Shown here: positions 38,438 through 48,533 of the stretch, piece by piece
How the letters are laid out: each line of letters opens with the position of its first letter
Position numbering within the stretch: the first letter of the stretch is position 1
The notes under the pieces: generated by a model
What the model was told of the DNA's origin: nothing
Database searches by the model: none
What the model saw: only the letters and a program-made list of their open reading frames with translations
Position numbers and translations under genes: made by a program
Source of the DNA: Candidatus Parcubacteria bacterium
GTDB taxonomy: Bacteria > Patescibacteriota > Minisyncoccia > Sungbacterales > SURF-37
NCBI GenBank assembly: GCA_003599755.1
Contig: QZJO01000011.1
Span: forward strand, 66,424-130,423
Direction of reading: 5' to 3'
Length of the DNA: 64,000 nucleotides

Positions 38438-39772
38438 TTATTGGAGGAACATGCCGAGAAAGATGGAAAGCAGCGCGGCTGCTCCTTCGGCAGGCGAATA
38501 GGGCATCGGCTTGCCGGCTTCCGTGGAGCTCGGCTCGGGCGTCACTTCTATTTCCATTTGAGGCGCTGGATGAATTCGACCCTCTGCACCCTGGGGCGGA
38601 AACGGCGGCATTGCTTCGCGCGGAAACTCTGCGCTCTCGGGGGGAAATGGAAATTCTCTACCTTCAGAGGGAAATGGAGGCATTCCCTCATGCGGGGGCC
38701 GCATGAAATTCGCATCTGAAGGAGGCGGAAACCCTTCTCCTTCGGGCGGCCTCATCGTCGCAAAGCATGCGCCCATGTTCGCCTGGGCCTCTTGCGAAGG
38801 AGGATTGCCCGCCAGCATGCGGTCCAATTCTTCTCCGAGCGAATCTCTGAGGCATTGCTGGACTTCGGCCGGCATCATCTGGAAATCGTTTTTGAAGCGA
38901 TCGCGCCCTTCCCGCATTTGCTGAAAGTCCTGCGGCGGGATATCGCCGCGTTCCACGGAAAAATTGAAGCAGGCCTCTTCATTGGCCGGATCGTTGCAAA
39001 ATGTCTCGCAGGCCTCCCCGAGGCATCCGCCGGGGCCTCTGCCGCCCGTCTTTCTCAGAAATGCCGCATCTTCTTCCGTCATCATGCCGGAAGCAAGTCC
39101 GAAAGCGATGCATTCTTCCACGTGGTCCGCGCAATAGAGCGCGCATTCCTCGTCGCCGCGGCAGCGCGGCGGCGCAATACCCTGCTCGAGCGCGCCGAGT
39201 ATTTTATCTACCTCGCGCAGTTCTTCTTCGGACATCAATCCGGCGGTTTTCGCGAATGCGATGCATTCTTTCATCTGGGCGGGGTTGGAGCCGCTGCAGT
39301 ACGCGTCGCATGATGCTTTATCGGTGCAGCCGCCGGGGAGGGTGGCGCCCGATTCGAGCGCCCGCATGACTTTGCGCGCCTCGTCGAGCTCTCGGCCCGA
39401 CATCATGCCCGTTTGCTCGGCAAAGACGATGCATTCGCGCATGTTTCGCGTGTCGTTGCAGAACGCCTCGCACGAATTTTTCGACGTGCATCCGCCCGGC
39501 CCTTTGCTTCCCGCTTCGAGGAACTTGCGCGCCTTCGAAACTTCTTCCGGCGTCATGAGCCCGTTTCGTTCCGCAAACGCCAGGCAGGCATTCTGGTTGG
39601 CCGGCTCATCGCAATACGCATGGCATTCCTCTTTTGACCCGCATCCGCCAAGCTCGCTCACCGGGAATTGAATAATCGGTTCCGCGAATGCTCCCATCGC
39701 GAGAAGTATCAATACGCCGCTTCCGACAAGTGCGCCTGCCACCCTGCTCATAGCCGCGACAGAGCTTTGCAT
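38438..39772 (-). CDS. Secreted/membrane Cys-rich repeat protein (GPGGC-type repeats)
   Basis: Signal peptide; about five repeats of GGC.....C..[YF]C......C..F...G.M; Pro-rich region; C-terminal hydrophobic tail. Confidence 0.75.
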   Translation of the reverse strand: MQSSVAAMSRVAGALVGSGVLILLAMGAFAEPIIQFPVSELGGCGSKEECHAYCDEPANQNACLAFAERNGLMTPEEVSKARKFLEAGSKGPGGCTSKNSCEAFCNDTRNMRECIVFAEQTGMMSGRELDEARKVMRALESGATLPGGCTDKASCDAYCSGSNPAQMKECIAFAKTAGLMSEEELREVDKILGALEQGIAPPRCRGDEECALYCADHVEECIAFGLASGMMTEEDAAFLRKTGGRGPGGCLGEACETFCNDPANEEACFNFSVERGDIPPQDFQQMREGRDRFKNDFQMMPAEVQQCLRDSLGEELDRMLAGNPPSQEAQANMGACFATMRPPEGEGFPPPSDANFMRPPHEGMPPFPSEGREFPFPPESAEFPREAMPPFPPQGAEGRIHPAPQMEIEVTPEPSSTEAGKPMPYSPAEGAAALLSIFLGMFLQ

Positions 39773-39773
39773 G

Positions 39774-39995
39774 TTACTCGAACGGATTGGTTTTTACGTC
39801 GCTGAACGGGTTTGTTTCGCGTACGGGGTTCACGTCGGGAACGCTAACGGTGCCGGACACGGAATTGGTCTGGGTAGATGGCTGCTCTTCGGCTGGCGCG
39901 GGAGCTTGGAGATCAGCGGGGTAGAAGGAGAAATAGAATAGCGCCGCAAGAATGGCAACAAGAACGACAGCCCCGATCCAGATTGGCTTCGGCAT
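39774..39995 (-). CDS. Small single-TM protein
   Basis: TM followed by NPV..TNPF...TNPF. Confidence 0.6.
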   Translation of the reverse strand: MPKPIWIGAVVLVAILAALFYFSFYPADLQAPAPAEEQPSTQTNSVSGTVSVPDVNPVRETNPFSDVKTNPFE

Positions 39996-40059
39996 ACGTT
40001 TATTATAGCCCACGCGAAAGGGCTGCTATGCACAGGACGTCTCGTATGGGCGGCACTCT

Positions 40060-41829
40060 TTAGCGCAATTCGTACTGGCTCAAGAGTTTCTTGTTGCCTT
40101 CGATCTGATAGTGCAAGAGCTCGGCATAGAGGCCTTTGCGCCGCGCAAGCTCCTGCGGGCTTCCTGCGTCGGCGATGGTCCCGTTATCGATAACCACCAC
40201 GCGATCCACGTTCTGGATGGTCGAGAACCGGTGCGCGATGATGATTACGAGGCGGTTTTTAAACAGTTTCTGCAATGCATCCTGCACCAAATGCTCGGAC
40301 CGCGAATCCAAGCTCGACGTCGCCTCGTCGAGAATCAAAATGGGCTTGTCATGCAAAATCGCCCGCGCGATCTGGATCCGCTGCTTTTGCCCGCCGGACA
40401 GCTTCACGCCCCGCTCGCCGATCTGGGCATCGAGTCCGTCCTTGAGCTTGGACACGAATTCGTACGCGTTGGCCTGCTCCAGGGCGCGGATGATTTGTTC
40501 GTCCGTGGCGCCGGGTACGCCGTAGCCGACGTTTTCCCGGATCGTCGAGGAAAATAATTCGTTGTCCTGGAATACGAGCGCGATGTGGCTCCGAACCCAG
40601 GAATGGTCCGCCTCAGCGTAGCTTTTGCCCGAAAGCAGCAAGCGGCCGCGCGTCGGCTCATACAGTTTGAGAATCAGGTTGATGAGCGTGGTTTTTCCGG
40701 CGCCCGAATGCCCCACGAGAGCCACGGTTTCGCGGTTCGAGAATGTGATCGTTACGTCGGTCAGGACCGGTGATCCATCCTCATAGGCGAAGCTGACGCG
40801 GTCGAACGAAATTTCCGGCTCTGCAACCGGGGGCCGCGCCGCCGATGTTTGAAAATCCTCGCGCTCAGGCAGGTTGAGTACTTCAAAGAATGCCTTGGAA
40901 TCCGCGTCGGCCTGCTGCACCTGCTCGAGAATAAAACTCATGCCATACAGCGGCCACCGCAGCTGGGCTAACAGCTGGATTACCAGGACCATTTCGCCGA
41001 GCGACAAATCGCCCAGATACGTCTTCCGGAAAATGATAAAAAGCACCGCGACAAAGATGATCTCGAGCCCGAATTCGCGGATGAAGTTCAGGATATGGTA
41101 TTGGGTCGATTGGCGATCATAGATTGTATTGATCGTTCTATAGGTGTCCGAGACCCGTTTCCATTCCTGCCGTTGGGCATTGTAGGTTCTGACTAGTTTG
41201 ATGTTGGCGATGACCTCGGCGATTCTCCCCCGCGCTGCGTCCTCATGCGTGTTTTTTTTCACTTGTCGCTCGCCCCACTTTTTTGTCGAATACCGCGTAA
41301 TGGCGATGTAGACGGGAAATACGGAAAGCGCGAGAAGTCCGATAGTCCAGTCGAAATACGAAAGCACGGCAATGCCGAACGCCGCCTGGAGAATGCCGGG
41401 GATGATCCAGTTGGTCGCCTGTCCGATGAAATCGCGGATCGAACCGATGCCGCGATTCAGCTGGTTGATGACTTTTCCCGAAATCTCACCGTCGAAGTGC
41501 CGCTGCTCGAGCGTGAAAATTTTCCGATAGTAGAGCTCCGTGAGGAACCTTCCCAGGCGCGAGGCGATATGATCCCCCACGCGCTGCCCGGCGGTGTTCA
41601 CCACCACCATCGCGATATTGATGCCGAGAATCAGCAGGAAGAAAAAGACGAGGCGGTCGTAGTCCCCGGCTCCGGCCGTGATCTGGGCGGAAAGTTCGTC
41701 CACGACGAATTTCAAGGTAACCGGGGTCGCCTGCTGCAGCACCGCCAAAACGGTGATGAGGATGCAGGCCAAAACAATCCACGGGTGCAGCGGTTTGGCC
41801 AGGCGAATGATATTGAGGATGTTCGTCAT
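40060..41829 (-). CDS. ABC exporter, fused permease and ATPase (MsbA/Atm1-like)
   Basis: TM domain, GHSGAGKT, LSGGQKQR, ILDEATSSLD, IAHR. Confidence 0.92.
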   Translation of the reverse strand: MTNILNIIRLAKPLHPWIVLACILITVLAVLQQATPVTLKFVVDELSAQITAGAGDYDRLVFFFLLILGINIAMVVVNTAGQRVGDHIASRLGRFLTELYYRKIFTLEQRHFDGEISGKVINQLNRGIGSIRDFIGQATNWIIPGILQAAFGIAVLSYFDWTIGLLALSVFPVYIAITRYSTKKWGERQVKKNTHEDAARGRIAEVIANIKLVRTYNAQRQEWKRVSDTYRTINTIYDRQSTQYHILNFIREFGLEIIFVAVLFIIFRKTYLGDLSLGEMVLVIQLLAQLRWPLYGMSFILEQVQQADADSKAFFEVLNLPEREDFQTSAARPPVAEPEISFDRVSFAYEDGSPVLTDVTITFSNRETVALVGHSGAGKTTLINLILKLYEPTRGRLLLSGKSYAEADHSWVRSHIALVFQDNELFSSTIRENVGYGVPGATDEQIIRALEQANAYEFVSKLKDGLDAQIGERGVKLSGGQKQRIQIARAILHDKPILILDEATSSLDSRSEHLVQDALQKLFKNRLVIIIAHRFSTIQNVDRVVVIDNGTIADAGSPQELARRKGLYAELLHYQIEGNKKLLSQYELR

Positions 41830-41948
41830 GCCGCGTTTTTTTTGCTTCGGGATTGCGTATGCAGCGTAGCGGTTTTGCGCCGGAAATGAAATGAGTGAGC
41901 CGCCCGGATGGTGTCCGGGCGGCTGGCGGCTTCGACAGGAACGTTCGT

Positions 41949-42302
41949 TCAGGAACTGGTCAGCGCCTCGGCGCAACTGCGCGCGAGATCCGAGTTCGGC
42001 TTCTTGGCGCCGACGGGGGTTGCCCAGCCGCCCTTCTCGATCAGGTCGGGCTGGGTCCAGGAGCTCTCCGCCTTGAGCGCGGCGACCTTGGCTGCCGCAT
42101 CGGGCTGCTGCTTGAACCGCTCGACGCAGATCGGGGTGAGCGCCGCGATGACGGCCGCTTCGGTCTGGTCGCGCGCCATCTTCTTGGCCGTGCTCTCGAG
42201 CGTCCATCCGAGCCCCGTGAAGCCGATGATCATGATCGCAACGGCGCCGATCACGACCCCCTGCAGCGTGTGCACCAGACGATCCTTCGCCGGCTGCTTC
42301 AT
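41949..42302 (-). CDS. Conserved hypothetical membrane-anchored protein
   Basis: AAGGAGG SD; TM ending GFTGLGW, AALTPICV, GGWAT, ARSCAEAL. Confidence 0.7.
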   Translation of the reverse strand: MKQPAKDRLVHTLQGVVIGAVAIMIIGFTGLGWTLESTAKKMARDQTEAAVIAALTPICVERFKQQPDAAAKVAALKAESSWTQPDLIEKGGWATPVGAKKPNSDLARSCAEALTSS

Positions 42303-42386
42303 AACTGCCTCCTTGGAAGGTCAATGCCTTCCCGATATATTCAGCATACCCCGAAAAACCGCCGAACGGTAGCCGTGACGCGCCGG

Positions 42387-42608
42387 CTATTCGTTTTCGG
42401 CCCGAGCATCGAACTCGCGCTGCATGCGCGCCATCCATTGCTCTTTATTTTCGCCGGTGCGCTTTTCCATATCCATGATGCTCGCCTTGTGTGCATCGTC
42501 GGCCATCATGTGCCGGGCGCCGTTTTGCATGATCTGGTCAAACGTATTGCCGGAGAATGTTTCGTCGCATACGCCTCCCAATTCGCGGCACGAAAATGTT
42601 TTGCTCAT
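42387..42608 (-). CDS. DUF1059-like protein
   Basis: KTFSCRELGGVCD...H....AH. Confidence 0.75.
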   Translation of the reverse strand: MSKTFSCRELGGVCDETFSGNTFDQIMQNGARHMMADDAHKASIMDMEKRTGENKEQWMARMQREFDARAENE

Positions 42609-42627
42609 ATAAATGTATTAATGCCAT

Positions 42628-42885
42628 TCACCGATGCGGGCAGCCGGCCCAGCAGCACGGCCGGCGCATGCCTTCGATAAGTTCAGCGCGCGTCCGCGCG
42701 ATCCGGCGGCTTCTCGTCTCCGGCTGCTTTGCGGACTCGACCCAGCAGATCCATTCGTTGCGCGCGAGCGGCGTGATATCCTCCCATGCCGCAAGCGCCT
42801 TCGGGGAAGCAGTAAGGACTTTTCGGAAGTCCGCTGGGACTTGATGGACTACGCCGGCGGCGAATTTATGGCGAGTTTTTGCCAT
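42628..42885 (-). CDS. YdeI/OmpD-associated family protein
   Basis: VPADF, TPLARNEWICWVESAKQPETR.RRI, RRPCCWAGCPHR. Confidence 0.85.
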   Translation of the reverse strand: MAKTRHKFAAGVVHQVPADFRKVLTASPKALAAWEDITPLARNEWICWVESAKQPETRSRRIARTRAELIEGMRRPCCWAGCPHR

Positions 42886-43038
42886 ATAATGATACTACAT
42901 CGGGCAATGGTTCTTCCCCTATTCTTGACGTTTCATTTTGGTATTGCTTAGCTAGGCGCAGCCCGGCTCTTTTTCATTCCTCCTCGTTAGCTCGAAGCAT
43001 CCCATGTGCGGATTCTTCGACCCTGATGAGGAGGCCCC

Positions 43039-43353
43039 ATGAATAAGGTTCGAGCGCACGTTCGGCAGTGCTGGAGAATTTACCTCGGCGTCCTGATAGC
43101 CGGGCTACTCATTCTCTCCGCGATCGCCGAAGTTCATTGGTTCTCGATTCTTGTCTGGGCAGCCGCGAGTATCGGCCTTCTTTCACTCGTGGCGGCAGCC
43201 CTGTGGTCTGCGGCGACGAGCGGCCAACGGTATGCCATGGCATTAGCCATGCTCATCACTATAGCGATGATGGGGATCTTCGCGTTTACCGTGGCGCCCC
43301 CGGCGGTACAGAAGGCGGTTCGGTTCTTCATAACGGTACTCTTCACCGACTAG
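43039..43353 (+). CDS. Hypothetical membrane protein
   Basis: GAGGAGG SD; three to four hydrophobic segments. Confidence 0.6.
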   Translation: MNKVRAHVRQCWRIYLGVLIAGLLILSAIAEVHWFSILVWAAASIGLLSLVAAALWSAATSGQRYAMALAMLITIAMMGIFAFTVAPPAVQKAVRFFITVLFTD

Positions 43354-43384
43354 ACGGGCGATTCCCGCCCTGAGGAGGAGTGTC

Positions 43385-43885
43385 ATGCGTGATGCGAATG
43401 ACCGTGACTGGAACCTGCACCGAAACATCCTACCCGTCGTCATCGGTGCTGTGCGGGACGTCATCGTGAAGCTTCCCACGGACGAGCCGGAGCGAAGCGG
43501 CGGCTACTTCTGCCTCCTCGAGCGTGATGACCTCGCGCCCACCGCGATGGTACGGGTCGGCAATCCGGCCCCCGCACGGTTGGCGGAGTATCTCTCTCGC
43601 GCGGGAGCGAAGGCGCATCGTTTGCGTGGCCATTCTGATCAGGAACCCAGTAGCTGGGTGACGCGTAATCTGCTGCTTGGTCGTCACTACGGCGGCGCGA
43701 TCAGAGCCGGTGAATACATCTTGTCGTTTTCCGGCCTGCCGGAACTCGCCGAAGAGGCCGCGATGCTCCTGGCTGCGTGGCGCCTCGGTTGGCTCACGAG
43801 GGACCAGGCAGGGGTGATTGCGACGCTGAGCAACAACCGGTTCTTCCTCGACAACACCTGGCTGATCGCCCACGCTCGTACATAG
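43385..43885 (+). CDS. Hypothetical protein, possibly GlcG/HbpS-like fold
   Basis: GAGGAGG SD; A.AKA...SSW...YGGAI......SFSGL.E pattern. Confidence 0.55.
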   Translation: MRDANDRDWNLHRNILPVVIGAVRDVIVKLPTDEPERSGGYFCLLERDDLAPTAMVRVGNPAPARLAEYLSRAGAKAHRLRGHSDQEPSSWVTRNLLLGRHYGGAIRAGEYILSFSGLPELAEEAAMLLAAWRLGWLTRDQAGVIATLSNNRFFLDNTWLIAHART

Positions 43886-43942
43886 CGGTTGCGGGTCGAG
43901 AATCTCGCGCACTGAAAAGGGCAACCCCTGAGGAGGAAGACC

Positions 43943-44392
43943 ATGATCACGGAAGCAGTTGCTGCCCGGATCAATCAGCTCTACGTCAATCCGCAAGAGC
44001 GGACGCCCAACGAAGTCGATCGCCTGCTCGACCAGATCGCGAAGATCCGGGAGTCCTGCGCGCACGACTTCCGACTGCTCGTGCCGATGAAGCCGCTGCC
44101 GCCCTCGCTGGTGCCTGACGTGCTCATTGGGGCACGGCACCCCAATAGGGCCGGCTACTATGCCGATCCCCAAGAGCTCCGGTTCTACTGTCTCAAGTGC
44201 AGCGACCAAGGACAGGCGGACGTTACGACCCGCTGTCCCCGCTGTCTGGGACGCATGATCCAGCCGCGCGAATATGAGGATCGCGCGAAATACTTCGGTA
44301 GTTGGTCTGCGAAGTATAGCGCGCGCCTCTACACCTGTAGCGACTGCGGACAGGAAGTTGTCATGGATGAATACAAGTACGGCTGCCTCTAG
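43943..44392 (+). CDS. Zinc-ribbon protein
   Basis: GAGGAGG SD; CAHDF, CLKC, CPRC, CSDC. Confidence 0.65.
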   Translation: MITEAVAARINQLYVNPQERTPNEVDRLLDQIAKIRESCAHDFRLLVPMKPLPPSLVPDVLIGARHPNRAGYYADPQELRFYCLKCSDQGQADVTTRCPRCLGRMIQPREYEDRAKYFGSWSAKYSARLYTCSDCGQEVVMDEYKYGCL

Positions 44393-44510
44393 GCCCGCCG
44401 TTTGCACGAAGGCCCGCCGCTGCGCCAGCGGCGGGCCTCTTTTTGGTAAATTATGTATTCGAAACGACAACGTGCGCACTGCGGTCTAGAAATGAGGGAG
44501 GAGTGAAGCG

Positions 44511-44735
44511 ATGGAAAAATCAGAGACATCCGTCAAGTTCTATGATTTCAATGAGCAGCCGCTCATGGGCATGGATCCGATTCTCCTCGGCCGCGAGTTC
44601 GGCATCACCATCGAGATTCTTGGCGGCCGTGACGAAATTCTGGGCGCGTACCCGATTCGTATCTCGGGCTCGGGAGCCGGTGTCGATGCCTACATCGAAC
44701 GATACGGCCACACGTGGAAAGGTACGACGTTATAG
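44511..44735 (+). CDS. Small hypothetical protein
   Basis: GGAGGAG SD; 74 aa. Confidence 0.55.
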   Translation: MEKSETSVKFYDFNEQPLMGMDPILLGREFGITIEILGGRDEILGAYPIRISGSGAGVDAYIERYGHTWKGTTL

Positions 44736-44881
44736 CCGTCACCGAGGGCGAGTAAAGGAGCTCGCCACTCGCGGTGGCGGCTTCTTCTACCTCTGGTCCG
44801 CTGGCCGAACGAGATCAGGATATTCTGCTGCAGGTAAGGGCGGTTTTCCATCGCTGTTTCGCATTTGCGACCCGCAGGGAA

Positions 44882-44914
44882 ACAAAAAACTCCCCGCGGC
44901 GGGGAGTTTTTTGT
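44882..44914. terminator. Bidirectional terminator between convergent genes
   Basis: ACAAAAAACTCCCC...GGGGAGTTTTTTGT. Confidence 0.65.
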
Positions 44915-44941
44915 CGCGCGGGCCGCTCGCGGTTCGTATCG

Positions 44942-45841
44942 CTACCTCACGTTCACCCACGCCATGCCCCGATCCGCGCTCTTGTAGATGGCGTTCTTGT
45001 TCGTTAGCGCATAAACAACGTCCGGTTCGGTCTTGCTGAACGCAAGATACAGGACGGTTCCGCCGGCAAAGGTTTCGTTCACTTTCTCCCACGAAACGCC
45101 GCCGTCGGCGCTTTTGCCGAGCCCGCCGAGGCGTTCGGAGAACGCAAGCGCGTAGTCATTGTCCTGCGGATGGGACGCAAAGACGCTTACCGCCCCGCCC
45201 GAAAGTTCTTCGGAAAGGTTTGCCCATGCATCGCCCTTGTCCTTGCTGATTTGTACGCCGTTTTGAGTTGCGGCATAGAGGGTATGTTTATCCGTATGAT
45301 CGACCGAGAGCGAGTACGGGGCAATTGAGCCACGCGCATATTCCCATGATCTGCCGCCATCCTGGCTTCTTTGGAGTTTACCGCCGAAAAATCCATAGAT
45401 GACATCTGGATTTGCCGCGCTCACCGCCATGGCATGGAAGTCCACCGGACCGCCGAGTCCTGCGGATATGCGTTCCCACGAGAGGCCGCCGTCCGTCGTT
45501 TTTTGAAGGCCGATATTGCCGCCGCGTGCGGGATGCCCGCTACTGAAGAACACGTTTGCTTCCGTCGGATGCGAATTGAAACCCATCAAGTCGTCGCGCG
45601 TCTCGCCGATGCGATAGAGGTCTTTGTCGTCCTTGAGGAGATATAACCCCTCGTGCGTGGCGATGTAGACCTTGCTCGCGTCCGTGACATCAACCGCAAT
45701 CCCGTGCGAATGGCTGAACGATGATACGGGAATAAGCGGTTCGCCGCCGCGGGCCGCGCCGGGGGCGTCTTCCTTAACCAGGAGAAAGCCGAGCGCGAGC
45801 AGGAGGATGGCGCCCCCCGCGATTAGATAGTTTTTCTGCAT
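44942..45841 (-). CDS. BNR/Asp-box beta-propeller protein
   Basis: HSHG, ATHEGL, DLMGF, SGHP, VDFHAM, repeated SxDGGxxW Asp-boxes. Confidence 0.85.
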   Translation of the reverse strand: MQKNYLIAGGAILLLALGFLLVKEDAPGAARGGEPLIPVSSFSHSHGIAVDVTDASKVYIATHEGLYLLKDDKDLYRIGETRDDLMGFNSHPTEANVFFSSGHPARGGNIGLQKTTDGGLSWERISAGLGGPVDFHAMAVSAANPDVIYGFFGGKLQRSQDGGRSWEYARGSIAPYSLSVDHTDKHTLYAATQNGVQISKDKGDAWANLSEELSGGAVSVFASHPQDNDYALAFSERLGGLGKSADGGVSWEKVNETFAGGTVLYLAFSKTEPDVVYALTNKNAIYKSADRGMAWVNVR

Positions 45842-45858
45842 AAAGTTTACTCGTTAAA

Positions 45859-46218
45859 TCAATTTCGGCGCCACTGCCGCATCATATCGATCTCGTTCGC
45901 CTGCGCGGCGATGATGTCGTTGGCGAGTTTGATGAATTCGGGGCGCTTCGTGCCGGCAAGAAGCGTGCGCGCCATTTCAACCGCGCCTTCGTGATGTACG
46001 ATCATCCCGTCGAGGAAGGCTCGTTCCAGGGCCGCTCCCGTTCTGCCGTCGAGGTCCGCCATCATCCCGCTCATCGCGCCATGCATGCCGCTCGGGATAC
46101 TCGCGGACGGATACGGCACGTTCTTCGCGGCTGCCGTCGTGCCCGCAACGTATCCGATGACGAGGCCGAGAATGAGGGTCAGCAAGCCGATGACCAAACC
46201 GTTGTTGATAGGTTCCAT
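45859..46218 (-). CDS. DUF305 (CopM-like) protein
   Basis: FLDGMIVHHEGAVEMA, IIAAQANEIDMMRQW. Confidence 0.85.
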   Translation of the reverse strand: MEPINNGLVIGLLTLILGLVIGYVAGTTAAAKNVPYPSASIPSGMHGAMSGMMADLDGRTGAALERAFLDGMIVHHEGAVEMARTLLAGTKRPEFIKLANDIIAAQANEIDMMRQWRRN

Positions 46219-46258
46219 AAGTCGTTGTTGTTATGGGCGGATACAGAATGCAACAACG

Positions 46259-46648
46259 CTACGGCGCGCGCGGACTGGTTGCGGTCTCCAGAAGGAGCGT
46301 GGAAAAAAGCGAATCACGTAAAAATCCTTCGGGAACGAATATGCGCGGCCGAGGCGGATCAGGCGGGTCGCAGGTGCGGCGCAAAAACAGGCGTGCAGCG
46401 GCAAATGCGAGAAGCGCTAAAACGGGTATCCCCGGCGGTATCGCGGTCATCAGTGCTTGCCACAAGGAGATGTGTTCAAACGCGGGCATCGTACATATCG
46501 CTTTTTCCCCAAACATAAACGGACAATTGATCATCGGCGCCCCGTCGTGAGCCATGCCCATCACCCCGACAGGCAATACGAGCATCGGGCCGATGCATAC
46601 CGCGAGCGCGACAATCGAGACAGACGATTTTATGAGCGTATGTTCCAT
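46259..46648 (-). CDS. Small membrane protein with Met/His/Cys motifs
   Basis: MGMAH...CPFM....ICTM...HI..W, two hydrophobic segments; upstream of the DUF305 gene. Confidence 0.55.
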   Translation of the reverse strand: MEHTLIKSSVSIVALAVCIGPMLVLPVGVMGMAHDGAPMINCPFMFGEKAICTMPAFEHISLWQALMTAIPPGIPVLALLAFAAARLFLRRTCDPPDPPRPRIFVPEGFLRDSLFSTLLLETATSPRAP

Positions 46649-46755
46649 AGTAGGGTCGGCAGCATCAGGGCACGAACCATGCAACTCAGCAGTAAAGCGA
46701 AGTTCGCTTTATGGTAAGCAGCGAGCCGCGGCATTTACCCCGCACCAATTCCTTT

Positions 46756-46962
46756 CTCCGAAAGCGAGACGACGTTCGAACCTTAACGATCAAATTAGTC
46801 CGCGACGTTTATGAAAGCATACGCGAGTTCGGTCTCGCGCTCAATCTGCCGAAGTTCGCTTTTGTTCCGGGTCGACGTGACGACGCCTCGCGGTGGCGTC
46901 CCTCTCAATTTATGAATTCAGAGCAGGCCGCCAAGTGGGAGAAACCGGCCGCATGAGGCCGG
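46756..46962 (+). repeat. 207-bp direct repeat, copy 1
   Basis: Matches 48864..49070 with about 6 mismatches counted by eye. Confidence 0.95.
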
Positions 46963-47067
46963 GTCGCATGGCTCTTGACGAGATAACATATAAGTGCTTT
47001 TGTTATTTGGCTCCTCCCAATCAGCTCTTCTCGATCACTTGATAAATCGCGCATTCAGGAGGGGCTC

Positions 47068-47319
47068 GTGTCAGCTCATAACGAGAGACAGCTAGACTCA
47101 GAGTCGCATCATGACCTTCACATGAAGTTGGTCGCGGCTATCCAGGAGGCGCAAGAGGAAGCTTCCCGCGCGTGGGAAAAATGGGAGGCTGAACTCCGTG
47201 ATTGGCACCTCGAGAATCCTGGGAGGCGCACGCGGCGTGGTGTGCATGGGAGGCGGAGATGGAAACGGAAAGGAGGAGGGGATGATGCAAATCAGCATCT
47301 ACCAACATCACGGAGGTGA
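47068..47319 (+). CDS. Small hypothetical protein
   Basis: AGGAGG SD before GTG; overlaps the next ORF. Confidence 0.4.
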   Translation: MSAHNERQLDSESHHDLHMKLVAAIQEAQEEASRAWEKWEAELRDWHLENPGRRTRRGVHGRRRWKRKGGGDDANQHLPTSRR

Positions 47320-47641
47320 CTTCAAGGTCGCCTGGACCGACGGCGATGGAGGAGAGCGCCACTTCATGTACGATCTGGGCGGGGCCATCAGCTTTGCCCT
47401 CGGACTGAAGATCGGCGCGCTCGCGCGAGGCGAGGAGGCCGAACTCATCGTCAACGTCCGACATCCGGCGATGAATCGGGGCTTCCGCGACGGATTCCTG
47501 ATGGGTCGTGGCGACCCAACCGGACAGGAGTGGCTGTTTGCCGGCGGTTATACTGCCGATAGACGCTCTCCGCCGGACGATGGACGCTACGCAGCTCATC
47601 TGCCGTTCATGCGCGAGCGACTGGCGGAGTTCCTCCGCTAG
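47282..47641 (+). CDS. Hypothetical protein
   Basis: AGGAGGAGG SD before MMQISIYQ. Confidence 0.6.
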   Translation: MMQISIYQHHGGDFKVAWTDGDGGERHFMYDLGGAISFALGLKIGALARGEEAELIVNVRHPAMNRGFRDGFLMGRGDPTGQEWLFAGGYTADRRSPPDDGRYAAHLPFMRERLAEFLR

Positions 47642-47777
47642 CACTCGGGTCACTTCACCGGACCTTACTCGGTGGACGCGACGATTGGCTGCGCAATGCC
47701 GATCATCACAGGCACCGATGCATAGAGAGCATCGGGCCTTTTGTTTTCGCTCAATCGGTGATGTACGGCATAACTAA

Positions 47778-48533
47778 TTAGATACCGAGCAGCTGAACGA
47801 TGACGCTTGGCTTCCAGACCTGCCCTAAATTTGATAGTTCGCTTAACTCCTCATCTTGGACCCGACCAGAGTATATACCCATGAATTTCGTTCGCGGTGG
47901 TACACCAAGCTGGAAACCCTCTGACGAATGAATGAGACCCGATCTATATGCGATCACAGGAGAACCCGACATACCTTTTTTTGTTGACGCGTCAATTAGA
48001 AAGATTGGCCTCTTCGCATAGTCGATATCGATATCCGAGGCGACGTGACCCGTCTTCCAAATTGGAAATTTACCAAAAGCCGATTGATTGTACGGGAATC
48101 CGATTATTGAAACGGGATCCGATGGCAAGATTATAAGATCTGTATTCGCAAGGGTGATATCCAGTGGGTGCACATCGATATCGTTCGTGACCTCGATCGG
48201 TAGAGCGATGACATCTGCTTTTCCATCTGCCGTGTCTATCTCCTTCCACGTGAGTTTGCCATTTCCATCTTGTAGGGAAACATCCTTCGGAATCCATTTA
48301 CCGAGCAAGTCTTTTCGGTGATGCCAGATTCGAATCGTGTTAGGTATTGCAGCTAGCCCCGAAAGTGGATTATCTGTTTTAGGATCTCGTCCAGATACGA
48401 CATGCCAGTTCGTTATCAAGAAATGCTCTCCATCTCTGGCAACAATAAATCCGGTACCGGAGCCCAGTTGTTGGGCATTAAAAAAGATTTCCAGATGGAG
48501 CGAAATTGCCGTAAGGGGATGCACGATTGGCAT
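47778..48533 (-). CDS. Trypsin-like serine protease, no signal peptide, AT-richer than flanks
   Basis: GTGF, LITNWHV (His), DVIAL (Asp), IIGFP, GMSGSPV (Ser). Confidence 0.85.
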   Translation of the reverse strand: MPIVHPLTAISLHLEIFFNAQQLGSGTGFIVARDGEHFLITNWHVVSGRDPKTDNPLSGLAAIPNTIRIWHHRKDLLGKWIPKDVSLQDGNGKLTWKEIDTADGKADVIALPIEVTNDIDVHPLDITLANTDLIILPSDPVSIIGFPYNQSAFGKFPIWKTGHVASDIDIDYAKRPIFLIDASTKKGMSGSPVIAYRSGLIHSSEGFQLGVPPRTKFMGIYSGRVQDEELSELSNLGQVWKPSVIVQLLGI

